Source: Candidatus Heimdallarchaeota archaeon
Lineage (GTDB): Archaea; Asgardarchaeota; Heimdallarchaeia; Heimdallarchaeales; Heimdallarchaeaceae
DNA length: 64,000 nt
Direction of reading: 5' to 3'
Assembly: GCA_016839945.1 (NCBI GenBank)
Contig: JAEOTE010000027.1
Location: 17,842 to 81,841, forward strand
The position numbers were made by a program, and so were the translations under genes. The first letter of the stretch is position 1. Each line of letters begins with the position of its first letter. The notes under the pieces are model-generated. The model worked only from the letters and a program-made list of their open reading frames with translations. It had not been told where the DNA came from and ran no database searches. Positions 37,205 through 47,814 of the stretch are shown here, piece after piece.

Positions 37205-39967
37205 CTAGATGAAATGCTGACTTACAATTCTTTTTTTTGTCTCTTGAATTTTATCAACTAGTGGTTTATTTTCATCTTTTGAGAAGATATCCCAAAAGAA
37301 AATCATCTCTTGCTCAATCCAATGATAAATTTTTTCTGCTTGAACAAAATCTGTTTTGTTTACATAAATTTCTGCTTTATCTCTTAGAAGCTCAACTAAC
37401 AAAATAGGATCTACTATCCACTCATAATGTTTGATTAAATTATCTAACAGCTCTGATTTGGACATTTTGATTGTTTTTTGAATTTTAGAAGGAATTTGGT
37501 CAAAGCTTTCATGTAATAATTGACTTGCAGTTACGAAGAAGTAATTCCAAGTGTGTTCAGGATAGTGGAAGATATCTTTTCTTTCTTTTAATGTTGCAAT
37601 AATCCAATCAAGCATTTGCGAAGCAGAATCATATTCTTTTAGTGAAATCAAATGTTTTGAAACATGAAGATAGATTAGAAAACCTGAATCTTTTATTTCT
37701 CTTTCTTTGCAAATTTCAAAAAGTGTAGTCATTTTAGGTATCTTCTTTAGCATAAGAATGAAAAGCTCTAAGCTCTTTTCCCAATCTTTGTATTCACAAA
37801 GTTCGCAAAAATCATTGATTGTAGCTAGTATATGTTCCTTTTTCTCAATTTTGTCATCTGGATAGATTTTCTCAATAATATCTGTTAAGAGTGAATATTT
37901 CTTATTCTCGAATTTTTCAGAATTTAATTTCAACTCTTTTAACAAATTTTTAGTTACCTTATCTTTAGATATTACAGAAGCAATTATTTTGAAGTATATA
38001 CTCTCTAGGATTTTTTCCTTATTATCCAGTTTTAGAGCTATTTCGTGTAATTTTTGATTTAGTTCTTTTTTTTGTACAATTTCATCATTTTGTAATGATA
38101 GAAATTCGCCTTTAAGTTGTAACCATGCAAACTGATAGAAGTAATCCCACCAAAATCTGTTATCTCCTATTTTTAGAAAAACATTAATCATATTTTTGAA
38201 AAATTCAGATAGTTCAGCATTACTTACTGAAATCCCGTAAGCATGTCTTAATAAGTTAGTTAGAGGGAATATATCATCTTCATTTCGTAAAGATAAATCG
38301 AAAATTGTTATTGGATCACTCCGAAAAAGTTGAAGAAAACCATCATTACGAACAAAATGATATTGTTTTTTTAAAGTTAAAGCAGAACTAAGTAACTTTG
38401 ATTTTAGTATTTTGAAGTTCTTATCTTGGTTAAAATACTTAAATAAATTCAATTCTGGTGGTTGTTTGGGGAAGTATATGGTTGCTTCAGCTGCTGGACA
38501 ATTTACTGCTCTTTGTATTTCTAAAAGAACAGCTTCTACATCCTCAAAATTGCTAATCTTTTGATCTTGATCTTTGGTTAATATACCAATAACAGAATAA
38601 TAAGGTGATAGTGTTGAGTGTAGAGATTGAGATACGTTCTTCTCTATTTTAAAATCTTCTTTCATTAAAACATGAATAGTTTCCTCAGCAATTTTTAACT
38701 TTAAAACAAAAAAGCATTTTTCTTCTTCTTCTGTCAACCCTTCAATTTTTAATTTCTTCTCTTCTACACTTGTTTTAGCAGCTTTTTCTAGAATTCTCAT
38801 AAAATGTGAATAAGAAGTTGCAGGATAACTGTTAATGGGAGAATATAAAACATTCAGAAGCCATTTTGTTGTAGAACTGTTTTCATAGATTTCAATTGAT
38901 TTAATTAAAAATGGATCAAATAAGGCATCAAATGGCATATAATAAAAGATCAAACTTGTGATTTCTGTTTTTTTGAACTGTAATAAAGGTAGAATTTTCT
39001 CATATTTCTTCTCTTTTACATATTGAATTGCTTTATTCATAATCTCATTTGATTTCTCAAAGTCATTAATATCATAAAACGCATCTACAAGTTTCTGGCA
39101 TAAGAAGAGATATTTTTCTTCATCCATCCAACGAGCAGTTTGAAGTATTAAATCAGCAAAACCATGGAGGATTTCAGGCTCTGTTAGCATGAGAGATTTT
39201 GCAAAAAGTGTATCCAAATTAAGTATTATATCCCCAAAAAGGTGAGTAGCTGTAGCTAGTTGATTTAAAACTGAACTAATATCATCTTTTACTTCTTTTA
39301 ATCTTGATTCTTTGTAAGAAAGACTGATAGAGCCCATAACTGTTAGAAGATAAACTATAATCATAAAAAATGAAGTGAGATCTTGGGGATCTTCTTTTAT
39401 TTGCTCAAACCAGTGTAAAGTTGCATCAAATCCTCTGGCATAATCGTCTAGCTCCCAATAGGATCTTGCTTTCAATTCACATATTACTCTTGAATTTTCT
39501 TCGTTTATATCAGAGTGTTTACTAATCTCTCTAATTTCCTTTAAAGTATCTTTAAATTTCCTAGCTCTAAATTTTTCAAATGCTAATTGAACTCTAATCC
39601 CTATTTCAATTTCATTAATTTTTAATTTCCGAGCGAGTTTTAAACTAAGATTAAGATTCGGTAAAGAATCTTCATTTCTATAATTGGATATTTGTGCTCT
39701 AAGCAAATGAGCTTTCATTTTGGTAAAATCATCTTTCCACTGGTTAGATAAGTTAAATAAGATATCACAAATCTCTTCCGATCTTTTATAATCACTATTA
39801 TTTAGAAAATCTTGCCCCTTTAGAGCTAAATCTATAACAAGTTTTTCGTTATCATTTGTGAAATCAAATGTATATTTCTTAGCAAGTTTCTTTAAATCTT
39901 CCACACTATAAAGTTCTTTGTTTTTTTTATCCTTCCCCCTCTTTTTATTACCAGTGTGAGTAGACAA
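37205..39967 (-). CDS. Large alpha-solenoid (TPR-like) hypothetical protein
   Basis: 920-aa ORF with TPR-like helical pairs at both ends; TTG start. Confidence 0.6.
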   Translation of the reverse strand: MSTHTGNKKRGKDKKNKELYSVEDLKKLAKKYTFDFTNDNEKLVIDLALKGQDFLNNSDYKRSEEICDILFNLSNQWKDDFTKMKAHLLRAQISNYRNEDSLPNLNLSLKLARKLKINEIEIGIRVQLAFEKFRARKFKDTLKEIREISKHSDINEENSRVICELKARSYWELDDYARGFDATLHWFEQIKEDPQDLTSFFMIIVYLLTVMGSISLSYKESRLKEVKDDISSVLNQLATATHLFGDIILNLDTLFAKSLMLTEPEILHGFADLILQTARWMDEEKYLFLCQKLVDAFYDINDFEKSNEIMNKAIQYVKEKKYEKILPLLQFKKTEITSLIFYYMPFDALFDPFLIKSIEIYENSSTTKWLLNVLYSPINSYPATSYSHFMRILEKAAKTSVEEKKLKIEGLTEEEEKCFFVLKLKIAEETIHVLMKEDFKIEKNVSQSLHSTLSPYYSVIGILTKDQDQKISNFEDVEAVLLEIQRAVNCPAAEATIYFPKQPPELNLFKYFNQDKNFKILKSKLLSSALTLKKQYHFVRNDGFLQLFRSDPITIFDLSLRNEDDIFPLTNLLRHAYGISVSNAELSEFFKNMINVFLKIGDNRFWWDYFYQFAWLQLKGEFLSLQNDEIVQKKELNQKLHEIALKLDNKEKILESIYFKIIASVISKDKVTKNLLKELKLNSEKFENKKYSLLTDIIEKIYPDDKIEKKEHILATINDFCELCEYKDWEKSLELFILMLKKIPKMTTLFEICKEREIKDSGFLIYLHVSKHLISLKEYDSASQMLDWIIATLKERKDIFHYPEHTWNYFFVTASQLLHESFDQIPSKIQKTIKMSKSELLDNLIKHYEWIVDPILLVELLRDKAEIYVNKTDFVQAEKIYHWIEQEMIFFWDIFSKDENKPLVDKIQETKKRIVSQHFI

Positions 39968-40195
39968 TCTAATTCTAACCTTTTTAAACGATTATCATCT
40001 TTGAAGTCGATATATCAAGCTTTTGCTTCAACAAAATTTCTACTGCGAAAAAACTTCACGTAGATGTTTCAGTGCGTAAATTGAGTAATCACAACTTACA
40101 GACCAACCTGTTTCTTTTCCATTATTTCTTTATTTCTTTTAGTTTCCACAAAAGTTTTTAAATTTAACAACGTTAATTGTAGATAAGGTGGATTT

Positions 40196-41107
40196 ATGGG
40201 GATAAATTCAGGGGAAAGCGAAAAAGATCTGGAAATCGAGCTAATTGAGAGTTTAATAGATAATAGTTTGTATGATGAAGCTTTATCTTTCTTAGATAGA
40301 TTATTTAAAAAATATCAAGATGAGTACTTTATCTACCTTAGAGGGAGAGTTTTTTATCTGACAGGAAAATTCCGTCAAGCTATAGAGGAATTAACTACAG
40401 TTATAACACAGGATTCAGACTTCTGGGAAGCTTATCAATTATTAGGAGAGATATATAGATCTACAAATCAACCAGAATTAGCTGAAAGTTATTACTTTAA
40501 AGCTACTTCACTTAATCCTAGAGCTTATCAATCCTGGTTAGGAAGAGGGAAGCTTGCTATTCAGCGAGGGGAGCATCAAATAGCTGTTCTAAGTTTCGAA
40601 ACATATTTGAGGATACAAGAAGAAGATTCGGAAGTTTGGAGATTATTAGGCAAAGCATACAAAGATATGGAAAATTATACTTCTGCTATTGATGCATACA
40701 ATGAAGCAATAGAACTTTCTCCTACAGACCAAGAAATCTATGAAGAGATGGGAGATTTATACTTAGTAATGGGTAGAGCAGATTTAGCTAAAGAGAGATA
40801 TTTACAAGGTTTGCAAGTTGAAGTGACAACTAGACCTGTTAATAAGGAGCTCTACATTAAGTTGTCGAAGTTATATATAGAAGAAAGACAACACCAAAGA
40901 GCATTCAATCTATGCAATGAACTCTTAGCTTTACAAAAAGATGAGCCTGATGCTCTATTTGTATCTGGAATTGCATTAGTTCGCATGGGACAAAAATACG
41001 AAGGTACTAGAAGAATAAAAACCGCGTATGAGATAATTCATAAAGACGAGTATAAAGAATTCCTTGATAAGCTAGAAGCTGAAATTTATGGACCAAAATA
41101 TGCATAA
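40196..41107 (+). CDS. Tetratricopeptide repeat protein
   Basis: TPR consensus repeats (e.g. VWRLLGKAY..ME.Y..AIDAYNEAIELSP). Confidence 0.92.
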   Translation: MGINSGESEKDLEIELIESLIDNSLYDEALSFLDRLFKKYQDEYFIYLRGRVFYLTGKFRQAIEELTTVITQDSDFWEAYQLLGEIYRSTNQPELAESYYFKATSLNPRAYQSWLGRGKLAIQRGEHQIAVLSFETYLRIQEEDSEVWRLLGKAYKDMENYTSAIDAYNEAIELSPTDQEIYEEMGDLYLVMGRADLAKERYLQGLQVEVTTRPVNKELYIKLSKLYIEERQHQRAFNLCNELLALQKDEPDALFVSGIALVRMGQKYEGTRRIKTAYEIIHKDEYKEFLDKLEAEIYGPKYA

Positions 41108-41145
41108 ATGCTTAGTGAACAAATTATAATTAGAACTATAATATT

Positions 41146-41907
41146 GTGAAACAGATGTCACAATCTAACAAAGAAACTGAATTTTTTCTAAAAATAACGG
41201 AAGAGAATTTAGCACGCTACTGCTTTCTTGTATGGGATTTTTTTACATTTCCTGAATTTGTAAAACTTGAATTAATTGAGAATACTCTTCGTTCAACTTA
41301 TGAACAATATACTTTTCTTTATGGTCCTCCTAAGGAAATAATACTAGAGAATTTTAATCCTAAAGGAGAACTAATCTTGTCTTTCGACGCTGAATGGATA
41401 CCTTATATAGAGAAATATTTTACAGATTTTAATTTGCTAGTTCAGGTGGAAGAAGAGACTAAATTCAACACATTCTTATGCATGCAATTAAGTAAAGATC
41501 AATTCAAACCTAAAGAAAATTATATTTCAAGTGAAATAACTGAAAATGATAGAAGAAGGATGCATTACAAAAGACAACTGCATCTTTCACGCGGTTTTGG
41601 GGGTGTAGGTATTTTTGAAAATGATACACTTGTAGGATGTGGATTTGCTCCTCATGTGGTACAAAATGAGAATTTCTCATTTGCAATAGTTAGAGACATA
41701 TGGGTTAAGCCTGATAGAAGAAACAAAGGTTTTGGATATGATTTGAGTTCTAAAATTTGTGAAGTGTCATTCAAAAAGGGAGTGGAAACGATATTTCTGT
41801 GGGTAGAAGAAAGAAACTATCCTGCAGTGAAAATCTATGAAAAATTAGGTTTTCAAACAATGGACAAATCTATATCAGTTGTATGTATAAAGAAGAAAAA
41901 GAAATAA
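41146..41907 (+). CDS. GNAT family N-acetyltransferase
   Basis: IWVKPDRRNKGFG motif A; LWV..RNYPAVKIYEKLGF motif B. Confidence 0.9.
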   Translation: MKQMSQSNKETEFFLKITEENLARYCFLVWDFFTFPEFVKLELIENTLRSTYEQYTFLYGPPKEIILENFNPKGELILSFDAEWIPYIEKYFTDFNLLVQVEEETKFNTFLCMQLSKDQFKPKENYISSEITENDRRRMHYKRQLHLSRGFGGVGIFENDTLVGCGFAPHVVQNENFSFAIVRDIWVKPDRRNKGFGYDLSSKICEVSFKKGVETIFLWVEERNYPAVKIYEKLGFQTMDKSISVVCIKKKKK

Positions 41908-41929
41908 ATTGAAAAAATAAAATAGATTT

Positions 41930-42463
41930 ATGTGGTTCATTGGTGGAACAGAAATTAAGCTCATTCAAGGTGATATTACTAATTCAGAAACAGATGCTAT
42001 TGTTAATGCAGCTAATACTGGGCTTATTTTAGGAGCAGGCGTTGCAGGAGCTATTAAGAAAAAGGGAGGTCCAGCTATTCAAGAGAAGTGTATCGAAATT
42101 GGTCCTATTGAACTAGGAGACGCAGTAGCAACTACTGGAGGTAATCTTATTGCAAAATTTGTAATTCATGCAGCTTCTATGCATTTAGGAGGAAAAACTA
42201 ATGAACAATCGTTAAAATATTCAATCTGGAATAGTCTAAGGGTAGGTAATGAAATAAACTTACAATCGATTGCATTTCCAGCGATAGGAACAGGTATAGC
42301 AGGTTTTCCTTTAGATAAATGTGCAGAAATCATGCTAGAAGTATTTAACAATTACTTAAAATCAGAAGATCACGTCTATATTTCGATCGAAGTAGTTCTT
42401 TTTTCAGAGAAGGACTACAATACTTTCAAAGATATTTTTACTAAATATTTAAATAAATTATAG
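41930..42463 (+). CDS. Macro domain protein (ADP-ribose / O-acetyl-ADP-ribose hydrolase-like)
   Basis: GDIT, DAIVNAAN..L..GAGVAGAI, VIHA, SIAFPAIGTGIAGFP. Confidence 0.95.
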   Translation: MWFIGGTEIKLIQGDITNSETDAIVNAANTGLILGAGVAGAIKKKGGPAIQEKCIEIGPIELGDAVATTGGNLIAKFVIHAASMHLGGKTNEQSLKYSIWNSLRVGNEINLQSIAFPAIGTGIAGFPLDKCAEIMLEVFNNYLKSEDHVYISIEVVLFSEKDYNTFKDIFTKYLNKL

Positions 42464-42772
42464 ACCAATAAATTTTCTAAATTGCTTTTCTAAATCTTTT
42501 TTATCTACAGGTGTGTTTACATCCGAAACAACAATAATTGGAGTTTCTTCTTCTATTCTATAAACATCTATTGTATCTTGTATTTCTTCTGCAGTAGATG
42601 CAGAGATTATTATTAGAGAGTATTTCTCTTCGATTGCTTTTTCTAGAATCTCTAAAGCTTCTGATGCATTGGAAACCTCTTTACCTTCAACACCTATTAA
42701 TTGAAATCCACGTACTGTTTCCCTTGCTCCTAGAACAAAAGCTCTTTTTGAAGAACCTAACATCTCTTCCAT
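42458..42772 (-). CDS. atpF: A/V-type ATP synthase subunit F
   Basis: VLG.RETV.GF.LIGVEG pattern; ends F.KFIGL. Confidence 0.85.
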   Translation of the reverse strand: MEEMLGSSKRAFVLGARETVRGFQLIGVEGKEVSNASEALEILEKAIEEKYSLIIISASTAEEIQDTIDVYRIEEETPIIVVSDVNTPVDKKDLEKQFRKFIGL

Positions 42773-42892
42773 TAACTAGAATTACAGGTTAATGGTTTAA
42801 AGTTTTAGCTTTTGTCTCCTAATCTGATTAATGAACAACACATTCTTTGGGAAACAGTAAAGTACTTATTACGTTATTATTTATTTATCAAA

Positions 42893-44689
42893 ATGACTCT
42901 CATAGAAGAAAGTGCTCGTATTGTTTCAATAAAAGGGTCTACTGTACAGGCAAAAGGTCTTTCTTCTTATAGAATGGGAGAAATAACATATGTGGGAGAA
43001 GAGAGGCTTATTGGTGAAGTTATTGCCATTGTGCATGATACAGCTACAGTTCAAGTTTATGAACCTCTTGAAGGATTAAGGATTAATGATCCTTTATATC
43101 CCACTGGAAAATCTCTTTCTGCTGAACTTGGTCCTGGTTTATTATCTAATATTTTTGATGGAATACAAAGACCTCTTGATAATATAAAAAACATCTCTGG
43201 TTCAGGATTTATTGAGAGAGGGATTCAAACAAATGCTCTTGATAGACAACAAAAATGGGTATTTGAACCTAGAAAAGAATTAAAGAAGGGAGAAATCATC
43301 AAAGAAGGAGATGTTTTAGGAAAAGTCAAAGAAACAGAATCTATCACTAGCAGTGTGTTAATTCCTCCAGGTAAAAGTGGAGAGCTTGTTGAGATTATGG
43401 AAAAAGGTGAATATACCGTCTCTGATACAGTTGCTGTTTATAAAAATAAATCCGGATCAAAAGCAGAATTAACAATGATGCATGAATGGCCTGTTAGAAT
43501 TGCTAGACCTTACTTAAACAAACTTCCTGTTAGTGGTCCATTAATTACAGGACAAAGGATAGTAGATATGTTCTTTCCAATATCAAAGGGGGGAACAGCA
43601 GCAATTCCAGGAGGTTTTGGTACTGGAAAAACTGTTCTTCAACACCAGCTATCAAAATGGAGTGATGCTAATGTTGTTATTTACATAGGTTGTGGAGAGA
43701 GAGGTAATGAAATGACAGATGTACTTCGAGAATTTCCAAAATTAATTGATCCACACACAAACAATCCTCTTATGGATAGAACATTGCTTATAGCAAATGT
43801 TTCCAATATGCCAGTTGCAGCAAGGGAAGCTTCAATTTACATGGGGATAACAATGGCTGAATACTATAGAGATCAAGGCTACAATGTACTTTTAACAGCT
43901 GATAGCACATCACGTTGGGCCGAAGCTCTTCGTGAAATATCAGGACAATTAGAAGAGATGCCAGTTGAATCTGGTTATCCAGCATATTTAGGAGCTCGAT
44001 TAGCTAATTTTTACGAAAGAGCTGGTCAAGTAGTTGCATTGGGATCTCCTTATAGAGAAGGCTCAATAAATATAACAGCAGCAGTTTCTCCACCAGGTGG
44101 AGATTTTAGTGAACCAGTTACAGCTAATACAAAGAGATTTGTCAAAACATTCTGGGGATTAGATCCTGCATTAGCAAATAGGAAGCATTTTCCATCAATT
44201 AACTGGCAAAATAGTTATTCAGGATATATAGAAGAAATAGAAGAATGGGCGTTAGAGACAGGGTTAATGGATTGGGGGAGATATAGACAAGAGATGCTCA
44301 AGATTTTGCAGAAAGATAATGAGTTAGAACATATAGTGGAACTGATAGGATCCAAAGCACTTCCAGCTGATGAACAACTAATTATCTTAATTGCTGATAT
44401 CATTAAGGAAGGATTCTTACAGCAGAACGCATTTCATCCTATTGATACATTTTGTTCGATAGAAAAACAAATGAAAATGATGAATCTAATTCTATTATTC
44501 CACGAACGGGCTAATATTCTAATAAAGAATGGATGCCCTATTTCTCTTATCAATTCATTAAGAACCGTTCAGATACTGAAAATGATGAAGGAAGAAATTA
44601 GAAATGAAGACTTAACTCAACTTAACAAAATTGAAGATCATATAATTTTTGATATGGAAGAACTAGGATCCAAATATGGATACAAGTAG
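42893..44689 (+). CDS. atpA: A/V-type ATP synthase subunit A
   Basis: [23 protein letters not shown] Walker [32 protein letters not shown]; start at ATG 42893; no intein. Confidence 0.97.
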   Translation: MTLIEESARIVSIKGSTVQAKGLSSYRMGEITYVGEERLIGEVIAIVHDTATVQVYEPLEGLRINDPLYPTGKSLSAELGPGLLSNIFDGIQRPLDNIKNISGSGFIERGIQTNALDRQQKWVFEPRKELKKGEIIKEGDVLGKVKETESITSSVLIPPGKSGELVEIMEKGEYTVSDTVAVYKNKSGSKAELTMMHEWPVRIARPYLNKLPVSGPLITGQRIVDMFFPISKGGTAAIPGGFGTGKTVLQHQLSKWSDANVVIYIGCGERGNEMTDVLREFPKLIDPHTNNPLMDRTLLIANVSNMPVAAREASIYMGITMAEYYRDQGYNVLLTADSTSRWAEALREISGQLEEMPVESGYPAYLGARLANFYERAGQVVALGSPYREGSINITAAVSPPGGDFSEPVTANTKRFVKTFWGLDPALANRKHFPSINWQNSYSGYIEEIEEWALETGLMDWGRYRQEMLKILQKDNELEHIVELIGSKALPADEQLIILIADIIKEGFLQQNAFHPIDTFCSIEKQMKMMNLILLFHERANILIKNGCPISLINSLRTVQILKMMKEEIRNEDLTQLNKIEDHIIFDMEELGSKYGYK

Positions 44690-44697
44690 GGATTAAG

Positions 44698-46083
44698 ATG
44701 GCTAGAATAACAGTAAAAGGTGTTGCAGAAATTCGAGGACCTTTAATCATTATTGAAGGTATTTCTGGTATTCAAATGGGTGAATATTTAGAAGTGAGAT
44801 TAAATGAACAATCCACTCGAAAAGGGAGAGTTCTAGCTATTGAGGAAGAGAAAGTCATTATCTTACTCTATCAAGGAACATATGAAATTGAGAAAGACGA
44901 AATAGAAACAGAGTTCTTCGGAAGAACAATGCAATTATTTGTTTCAGAAGATATGATTGGCAGAACTTTCAATTCCCTAGGTGAACCTTTGGATGGGCTT
45001 CCTGCTATATATTCAGATGAATTTAGAGATGTGAATGGAGCTCCAATAAATCCAACATCTAGAATTTATCCGAGAAACTATATTGAAACAGGAATATCAT
45101 CAATTGATTTAATGAATACTTTAGTTCGAGGACAAAAAATTCCAATTTTTACTGGAGCAGGTCTTCCCAATAATCAACTTATAGGCCAAATAATAAAGCA
45201 AGCAAGAATAGCTGAAGAAATTGAAGGAGAAAAATTTGCTATTGTTTTTGGGGCAATGGGTTTAACTATGGATGACTATATTTACTTCCAAAGATTATTC
45301 AAAGAAACAGGCACTTTGGATAAAGTTGTTATGTTTACAAATCTTGCTAGTGATTCAGCTGCTGAGGGATTATTGACTCCGAAAGTTGCTCTAACTACAG
45401 CTGAATACTTAGCTTTTGACTGTGATTATCATGTTCTAGCTATTTTATCAGATATAACAAATTATTGTCAAGCACTAAGAGAAGTGTCTGTGGCATTAGA
45501 AACAGTTCCTGCAAGGAAAGGATTTCCAGGTTATATGTACAGTGATCTAGCTTCTATATACGAAAGATCGGGAATAATGGAAGGGTCTAAAGGAAGTGTG
45601 ACATTGATTGCTAATTTAACTATGCCAAATGATGATATAACTCATCCAGTTCCTGATTTAACGGGCTATATTACAGAAGGTCAGATAATTTTAGACAGGT
45701 CACTACATAATAGAAGCATTTACCCCCCAATAGATGTTTTAGAATCATTATCACGATTAATGAAAGATGGAATTGGAGAAGGCTCTACTAGGGAAGATCA
45801 TCCTTCTTTAAGCAATCAGCTATATTCTGCTTATGCTGAAGGATTAGACAAAAGAAAATTAGCGGAGGTTATAGGAAGAAAAGAACTTAATAGAAGGGAT
45901 CAGATTTTTCTGGATTTTGCAGATAAATTTGAGGAAATAATGGTGAATCAAGGTGATGTTCATAGAACAATGGAAGATTCATTAGATAAAGGTTGGAAGT
46001 TACTTACTTTGCTTCCAAAAGTAGAACTAACAAAAGTTTCAGAGAGTGAGATGACAAAATATTGTCCAGAAGAGGAGGATTAG
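44698..46083 (+). CDS. atpB: A/V-type ATP synthase subunit B
   Basis: TGISSID.MNTLVRGQKIPIF, AEYLAF, ALREVS, PGYMYSDL..IYER, DDITHP.PDLTGYITEGQ. Confidence 0.97.
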   Translation: MARITVKGVAEIRGPLIIIEGISGIQMGEYLEVRLNEQSTRKGRVLAIEEEKVIILLYQGTYEIEKDEIETEFFGRTMQLFVSEDMIGRTFNSLGEPLDGLPAIYSDEFRDVNGAPINPTSRIYPRNYIETGISSIDLMNTLVRGQKIPIFTGAGLPNNQLIGQIIKQARIAEEIEGEKFAIVFGAMGLTMDDYIYFQRLFKETGTLDKVVMFTNLASDSAAEGLLTPKVALTTAEYLAFDCDYHVLAILSDITNYCQALREVSVALETVPARKGFPGYMYSDLASIYERSGIMEGSKGSVTLIANLTMPNDDITHPVPDLTGYITEGQIILDRSLHNRSIYPPIDVLESLSRLMKDGIGEGSTREDHPSLSNQLYSAYAEGLDKRKLAEVIGRKELNRRDQIFLDFADKFEEIMVNQGDVHRTMEDSLDKGWKLLTLLPKVELTKVSESEMTKYCPEEED

Positions 46084-46086
46084 GAT

Positions 46087-46719
46087 ATGAGAGAAGCAAT
46101 TACTGTACCACCTACTAGGGATAATTTATTGAAATATAAGAAGAAACTACAATTGGTTGAAAGAGCATATGATCTCTTAAGAGAGAAATATGAAGCCCTT
46201 CTAATGAAATTGCACATAATAACAGCTGAAGCTTCAACTTTACATGAAAAAATGGAAAAAAGCTTAAGCGAATCCTATATGGAATATATTAAAACAGAAT
46301 CAGAATTAGGAAGAGAGATGATCAATGTTTTCAGTGAAACTGTTCCTAAAGAAATAGCATTAGAAACGAGACCACTTGAATATATGGGTGTTTTGTATAG
46401 TGATTTAACTATTGAACATGTCCCAGAACCTTCTTATGGATTTTTTGGGATCTCAAGTCTTTTATGGGTAACTGCAAGACGATTTAGAGAAACATTCGAT
46501 TTTATTGTTCAATTAGCAGAAATAGAAACCCTAGCTTACAGGATAATGAGCGATCTTCAATCAATTCAACTGAATCTGAATGCTTTGGATAAAGTATACA
46601 GAGTAAGATTTGGAAATATTGTTAAGCATATAGAAGATGTATTAGAATCTTATGAATTAGAGAACATTTATACGATAAAGAAACTTAAACAAAAGATGGA
46701 AAGTAAGAAACGAAAATGA
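46087..46719 (+). CDS. atpD: A/V-type ATP synthase subunit D
   Basis: PTR.NLL..K.KL....RAYDLL.EK.EAL, LAE.E, NAL; follows subunit B. Confidence 0.92.
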   Translation: MREAITVPPTRDNLLKYKKKLQLVERAYDLLREKYEALLMKLHIITAEASTLHEKMEKSLSESYMEYIKTESELGREMINVFSETVPKEIALETRPLEYMGVLYSDLTIEHVPEPSYGFFGISSLLWVTARRFRETFDFIVQLAEIETLAYRIMSDLQSIQLNLNALDKVYRVRFGNIVKHIEDVLESYELENIYTIKKLKQKMESKKRK

Positions 46720-46720
46720 G

Positions 46721-47158
46721 GTGACAACAATCAGAAAAGCTTTAGTTGCAATCAGTGATTTTGAAAGCGGTTCAAACTTAATCGCTAGTATTATTGATTT
46801 CTTTGACGATTGGGTCACTGAAATTCACTTACTCAATGTCGTTGATTCTGAAACTCTTGAGCATCTAGCAGCTTTTAGAAATATAGGAAAAGAAGAAGTC
46901 GCAGAGAGTACAAAAACAGAGTATGAAAGTATTTTACAGAAACTTGAGAATAGTTTCGAAAACTCTCATTTACTTATTACATATGAGATAAGAGAAGGTA
47001 TTGTTGCAGAATCTATTATCAATGCATCAAAACAAGAAGATGTTGATTTCATCGTAATGGGTACTAAAAGAGAAAGAATCTCAAAAAGATTATTGAAGAA
47101 CCATGTTAGATATGTTATAGAGTTATCAGAAATACCCGTACTTCTCTTCCCAGTCTGA
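46721..47158 (+). CDS. Universal stress protein (UspA family) inside the ATPase operon
   Basis: IRKALVA, IHLLNVVD, EG.VAE.II..S....VDFIVMGT, V.....IPVLLFP. Confidence 0.9.
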   Translation: MTTIRKALVAISDFESGSNLIASIIDFFDDWVTEIHLLNVVDSETLEHLAAFRNIGKEEVAESTKTEYESILQKLENSFENSHLLITYEIREGIVAESIINASKQEDVDFIVMGTKRERISKRLLKNHVRYVIELSEIPVLLFPV

Positions 47159-47168
47159 AGGTGGTAAC

Positions 47169-47804
47169 ATGAAAGATAAAGATAAATCTGAAGACGAAGA
47201 ATATACAAAAAATCTAAATCAGCTAATTAAAAAAATCAAAGCTGAAGCTGAAAAGGAAACAAAGAAGATTAGAGAAGAAGTTAAAATTCAACTAGAAAGT
47301 TTTGAAAAAGAAACTCAAAAAGAGGTAGATGAGATTAAAGAGAGTGAATTGGAAAAAGAAGTATCTAGATTTGAGTATATTAAAAAAAGAGCTGAAAGTG
47401 ATTATCAACAAAGAGCAAAAAGAATTATAATCCAAACTAAAGAATCACTTATAGACGAAGTTTTTGAGAAAATAGAAAAAGAATTGATAAATTTTAGATC
47501 AAAATCTGGCTATAGAAAATATATTGAAGAAAAATTATATTCCACAAGTAAGAATATTAAAGATAAAAAAATGAAGTTATTAATCGATAAAAAAGATGAT
47601 AAACTCATAAAAGAGATTGTAACAGCTTTTAACAAAAAAGCTGATAAAAATTATATTATTGAGATTTCAAAAAAAGGTACAAATGGTGGTTTTGTTATCA
47701 CTGATGAAAATGAGAGAATAAAAATTGATTTCACAATTGAAAATCTGTTAATAGTAAGTAAAGAAACGATTAGAACAAAGATTAGTGAATTATTGTTTGA
47801 TTAG
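47169..47804 (+). CDS. atpE: A/V-type ATP synthase subunit E
   Basis: Long N-terminal coiled coil; C-terminal GGFVI....RIKIDFTIE.LL...LF. Confidence 0.9.
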   Translation: MKDKDKSEDEEYTKNLNQLIKKIKAEAEKETKKIREEVKIQLESFEKETQKEVDEIKESELEKEVSRFEYIKKRAESDYQQRAKRIIIQTKESLIDEVFEKIEKELINFRSKSGYRKYIEEKLYSTSKNIKDKKMKLLIDKKDDKLIKEIVTAFNKKADKNYIIEISKKGTNGGFVITDENERIKIDFTIENLLIVSKETIRTKISELLFD

Positions 47805-47814
47805 GTGATTAAGA

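Noticed and set aside
39968-40195. Intergenic stretch checked for a tRNA/ncRNA or an upstream extension of the 920-aa ORF
   Set aside because: No cloverleaf or convincing stem was found, and an in-frame TAA at 39992-39994 closes the frame.
41146-42463. GNAT + macrodomain as a toxin-antitoxin or defence pair
   Set aside because: Both look like ordinary housekeeping members; no ADP-ribosyltransferase, sirtuin or antitoxin is adjacent.
42893-44689. Intein in ATPase subunit A
   Set aside because: The length is normal and the Walker A region is continuous ([14 protein letters not shown]).
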